Assembly: GCF_001194135.2 (NCBI RefSeq)
Contig: NC_068986.1
Span: forward strand, 111,386,619-111,442,623
Direction: 5' to 3'
Source of the DNA: Octopus bimaculoides
Taxonomy: Eukaryota
Length of the DNA: 56,005 nucleotides
Positions 52,081 to 56,005 of the stretch are shown here, piece by piece; positions within the stretch are counted from its first letter, which is position 1, and every line of letters starts with the position of its first letter. The position numbers and the translations under genes were made by a program. The notes beneath the pieces are model-generated. The model worked only from the letters and a program-made list of their open reading frames with translations. It made no database searches and was not told the DNA's origin.

Positions 52081-52610
52081 AAACAGCTAGGTTATGACCG
52101 AGTTGGGACATATATACACTGGAAGCTATGCCAACACTTTGCAATGACAACAGAGAAAAGATGGTATAGGCACACGCCAGAAAAGCTCACAAAAAATGAG
52201 ATAGCAACCCTATTCTGGGATATGCCAATACACACAGATAAAAAAATTAAGGCCAATAGGCCGGATATAGTTGTTCACCGAGGAAAAATACATTCTAAGC
52301 GATGTATCCATGCCAACATTGGATTATGTTTCTTTAAAAGAAACGGAGAAACTTTCAAAATACAAAGATCTGGAAGTAGAGGTAGCTCGAATGTGGAGTA
52401 TAAAAATAGAAATAATTCCTATCATAGTAGGCACATTAGGTAGGATAAAAAAAGATATTCAGACAAATGCATAAAAAATACCAGGACTAACAAACAGAAA
52501 ATAGCGCTACTAGGCACGCACACATCCTCATTGAGACACTTTTAATACAATAAAAATAAGAGCATCACGACAAACCGCAGCACATACCCAAAGCACACAG
52601 AGCACTGCAC
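52081..52610 (+). mobile_element. R4/Dong-type non-LTR retrotransposon, 3-prime end (REL endonuclease)
   Basis: YDRVGTYIHWKLC...LFWDMPIHTDKKIKANRPDIVV / DVSMP...KETEKLSKYKDLEVEVARMW...IIPIIVGTLG: PD..D..KY restriction-like endonuclease pattern. Confidence 0.85.
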
Positions 52611-52625
52611 ATTATTATTATTATT

Positions 52626-55060
52626 ATTTTTTTTTTTTTCATTTCTTGGCCACTAGGGCGGACATATAGGGGACAATATAGTAGACATGGGCAATTGGGA
52701 TTTCACACAGAAATAACGAATGCACGATTAAAATAATAACAAAGATATCCAACAAAAAGAGTATGGCAATGAAAGTTTTCCAATGGTGGGTGGGGGTACC
52801 TGGAGTTGGCTCAGGTACTTCAGCAATCCTGAACTACTCGAAGTTTCGAGAGCATTCGGGAAGGGCACCCTTCTCCCTCTCAAATTCACTAGCCTGCAGG
52901 CTCATTATTAGAGTAGGCTCCAGTCATACGCGTCATTTTCGGTACATTTACCCACTTTTTAGCAAATGTACTGGGAGACAGCACTTCTCACCCCACCCTC
53001 ATCTTTCTTACCGAGTGAAATTTGAAAAATTTGATGAGGGATTGTCCGAAAACAAAAGTGCCTGTCTTCAATCTTTTCAACATGGACCACCATACAACCT
53101 CTTTCGTTACTGCTTTCACACAGAAAAATTGCCTGCTCTTCCGGATCGATGGGATGCGGCGAATAGATCTTCACTATGGACTCGGCCAATAGCCGGATCC
53201 GTCCTATACGTGATAACAGCTATTCAACATAACTCCACAAGTCAGTAATACAAGAACACTGGACGTGTGCGTGAAGAGCGGTTTCGTAACTCTGCGCACA
53301 TCTCGAGCAGATCCGTCTGACAGCACTTCCTTGCCTGAAGAGTTTTTCTCAAACTGGCAGCGTCATCCCGCCACCCCCGGTTGCCCTGCCAAGCTAAGGA
53401 TTTTTAGAAAGTATACATTGTCCTCGGCTCGAAAGTCATACTGAACAGACTAGTTAGTTCGTCCTCTTCAAATCTAGCGTCTCTGCATGTGCGTCATATC
53501 TCTTTCCTCCCACTCAACTTGTTTAGAACTCAAGAGTGGCTGTCTATTGATCGCATTGTCCGAGTGATAGCGGTTAGTGAGTGCCTGGCAACATTCCAGA
53601 TGCCACCTCATCAATGAAACCTGTCTCCTCCACAAAAAATTGAAGAGGTGATGCTCCAACTTGGTGAGGTGCGAACGGGTCCATGGCACAACGTTCAAGG
53701 TACGACGTTCAAGCGGTAGTAGACGATGGATGTGATGTACACATTCGCCACCTCTGCCTGGCCTTTCAGCGATAGCTTCCTCTCAGACCATTTCTGGGTG
53801 AGACAGCCTATCCTACTAGTTAGCTCGCCCCAATACTTTTCGATCTGGAGGTCTGGTCCGAACAAAACCCCAAGCAACTTTACCGGTCCATCCGTCCGTC
53901 CAGCACCCAACGACGCTGTTCGATGGCATGAACTTGTAAGTCCACCCAATTTTCGGGTCCAGATTTGTTCACACTAACTTTTCATTTTCCTTCAATGATG
54001 TGCCAACCATCTCGACTTCTGAAGTGTCTCACAACATCACTGTATATGCTGACACAGCCCTTCTGCGTTCCGGTTCCAGCGGGATGCCCTGCAGCAGCTC
54101 CAGGTTCCGCAGTAAAGGCTCAAGTATCAATACGTACAGAAGGGAGCAGAAAAGGGCACACTTGATAGACCGATCAGGAGATCTGAAGCAGTTCCTGAGA
54201 GGTGGCCATTAACTTTGACCACCGCGCAGATGCCGCTGGGCATTGCAGCGACCCTCTGAAGACAGGGCTGAGGCCAGCTGCATTGAGGACAGCCTCTAGG
54301 TATCGGTGGTTGACACTATCGAATGCTTTCGATTGATCTAAATTGATTAGTGCCCCTTCGAAGCCAGGTTTACACCATACACTTTCTATTATGTATGGCA
54401 TGAGATGTAATTTGTCGTGTATGAGCCAAGTGGAGATTTCACAGGTTTGCACCTCCCCAACCAAATCCTCGACGACAGTCGCCACCCTCTCTCCTAATAC
54501 CTTGGTCAAAATATTAAACTCTGTGTCAAGCAGAGTTATGGGCCTGAAGTTATTTCATGTATCCCTCCTGTTTTAGTCTTTCCATATCAGTGTCACTACG
54601 CTTAAGCACAGAAAACTGGGACTACCCACGTTCTGCTGCCAGTTGCGGTAGAGCGCTTCGCAGAGATCGGAGAACAAGTCTGCCATAATTACATAAACTT
54701 CATAGGGCAGTTCGTCTTATCCGCGTGACGTGCGTCTCGTGCGGCCGACAAGGGCATCTTGAATTTCGCCTGACGTTATCTGCCTTCCCAGCGCTTAGCG
54801 TCGGTCGTCGAGAGACGCAGAAAGCCGTCGGTGTAGCGACTGAATCCACCACCGTCTTCGCCCCCGCCCCACTATCTCTATCAACTTCTGCCTGGAATCG
54901 CTCAGCTCGTGTCTCTCTCTGTCGTCAAAGATAAGAGTTGAGAATCACCCTTTCGCATGATCTGCGGCCGTAGAAACGATGCAATCGCACATACTGTGAG
55001 TGAGAGTAGCAAACTGACCCCAACGCAATACAGACGGAGGCCACGATAACTTAGCCACGA
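52626..55060 (-). mobile_element. Tx1-clade (L1-like) LINE, 5-prime truncated and degenerate, with poly(A) tail
   Basis: RPITLLDTEFNILTKVLGERV, GALINLDQSKAFDSVNHRYL, a degenerate YADD at ~54030-54047, VKLLGVLFG and WSERKLSLKGQAEVANVYITS; poly-T at 52626-52640 on the plus strand. Confidence 0.88.
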
Positions 55061-55068
55061 CAACGTGG

Positions 55069-55590
55069 CTAAATTCGTGTGAAAAGTACGGCCAGAACAG
55101 AGCACGGAAATGATACGAACATGAACCAGAAGGAGTCGCAGAGAACAAGGAGATCAGATTTTATTTTGGTAGATAAAAGAATACAGGAAACCACGATCAT
55201 AGATATTACTATACGTGGCGATGCACGCATAAGTGACAAATATGTAGAAAAGATGGATAAGTACACAGTACTAAAAGACGGAATTGCAAGAATGAGGAAT
55301 ATGAGGAGAGTGTCTGTCATTCTAGTTGAAGAAATGCGTAAAAGAAATCAGAATTGACATGAGAGGAGAGCAAGTCCCCAAAACTGCTCTGCTGGGTAAA
55401 GCAATGATTTTGTGATTGGGACTTGGATGTTCAACATCTACCACAATGATTAATAGCTAAGTGTCAAAGCTTATAATGTGCGGAAAGAGACCCTGTGAGA
55501 CCTCAAACAGCAGGCTACCGTCCGCTGTCACAGAATCTAGCAGAAAAAACAAGACCGAACTTCTGAGAATTAAAACAACAATAATTATTA
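55069..55590 (+). mobile_element. R4/Dong-type REL fragment with 3-prime UTR
   Basis: RRSDFILVDKRIQETTIIDITIRGDARISDKYVEKMDKYTVLKDGIARM. Confidence 0.75.
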
Positions 55591-55599
55591 TTATTAACA

Positions 55600-56005
55600 A
55601 TAATAATAATGAGTATCTAAACAGGCATGATAGAGCTTCACAATATATTCACTGGGTAATATTCAAAAACCTGGACTTGCCCCGTAATAAAAACTGGTGG
55701 GAACACAAACCACCCCCAGTACTTGAAAATGATCACATCGAACTACTCTGGAACTTCACCATTCAAACTGACTGAGAGATAGATGCAAATAGTCCAGACA
55801 TCATACTGACAGACTTCAGACAAAAATCATGCCTCCTCATTGATATGACTGTCCCAATCGATATAAACGTATCTGTCAAGACCTACCAAAAACTGAGCAA
55901 ATATAAAGATCTTGAAATAGAAATTAGCAAAATGTGGAATCTGAAGACGAAAACAATACCTATTGTCATAGGTGCCCTGGGAATGACAGCGAAACGGGCT
56001 GATTA
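55600..56005 (+). mobile_element. R4/Dong-type REL fragment, running off the window
   Basis: YLNRHDRASQYIHW...WWEHKP...LLWNFTIQT...ANSPDII...LLIDMTVP...KLSKYKDLEIEISKMWNLKT..IPIVIGALG. Confidence 0.88.

Overview
AT-rich, microsatellite-saturated eukaryotic (animal) non-coding DNA with 14 N-gaps, almost all flanked by simple repeats. The SINE families and repeat load look cephalopod (Octopus-like); this is an inference from recalled repeat families, not a database result. No intact protein-coding gene is recognisable, and the long ORFs in the track are artefacts of microsatellites and gaps. The window is a graveyard of transposons: three mariner copies (one with both TIRs), four Penelope-like (GIY-YIG) remnants, Tx1/L1, CR1, RTE and R4/Dong-type (REL) LINE pieces, about ten SINE copies of at least four families, and three fold-back (MITE-like) hairpins. 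The most interesting signal is RNA-level: six hammerhead-ribozyme-like motifs of the minimal type I kind known from Penelope elements. Two of them form the inverted arms of a composite element (about 23637-24170) whose core is a tRNA-derived Pol III head pointing into the one hammerhead with an intact core, which suggests a ribozyme-terminated, Penelope-dependent SINE. Several short segments with strong splice consensus on both strands hint at unrecognised spliced transcripts, at low confidence.
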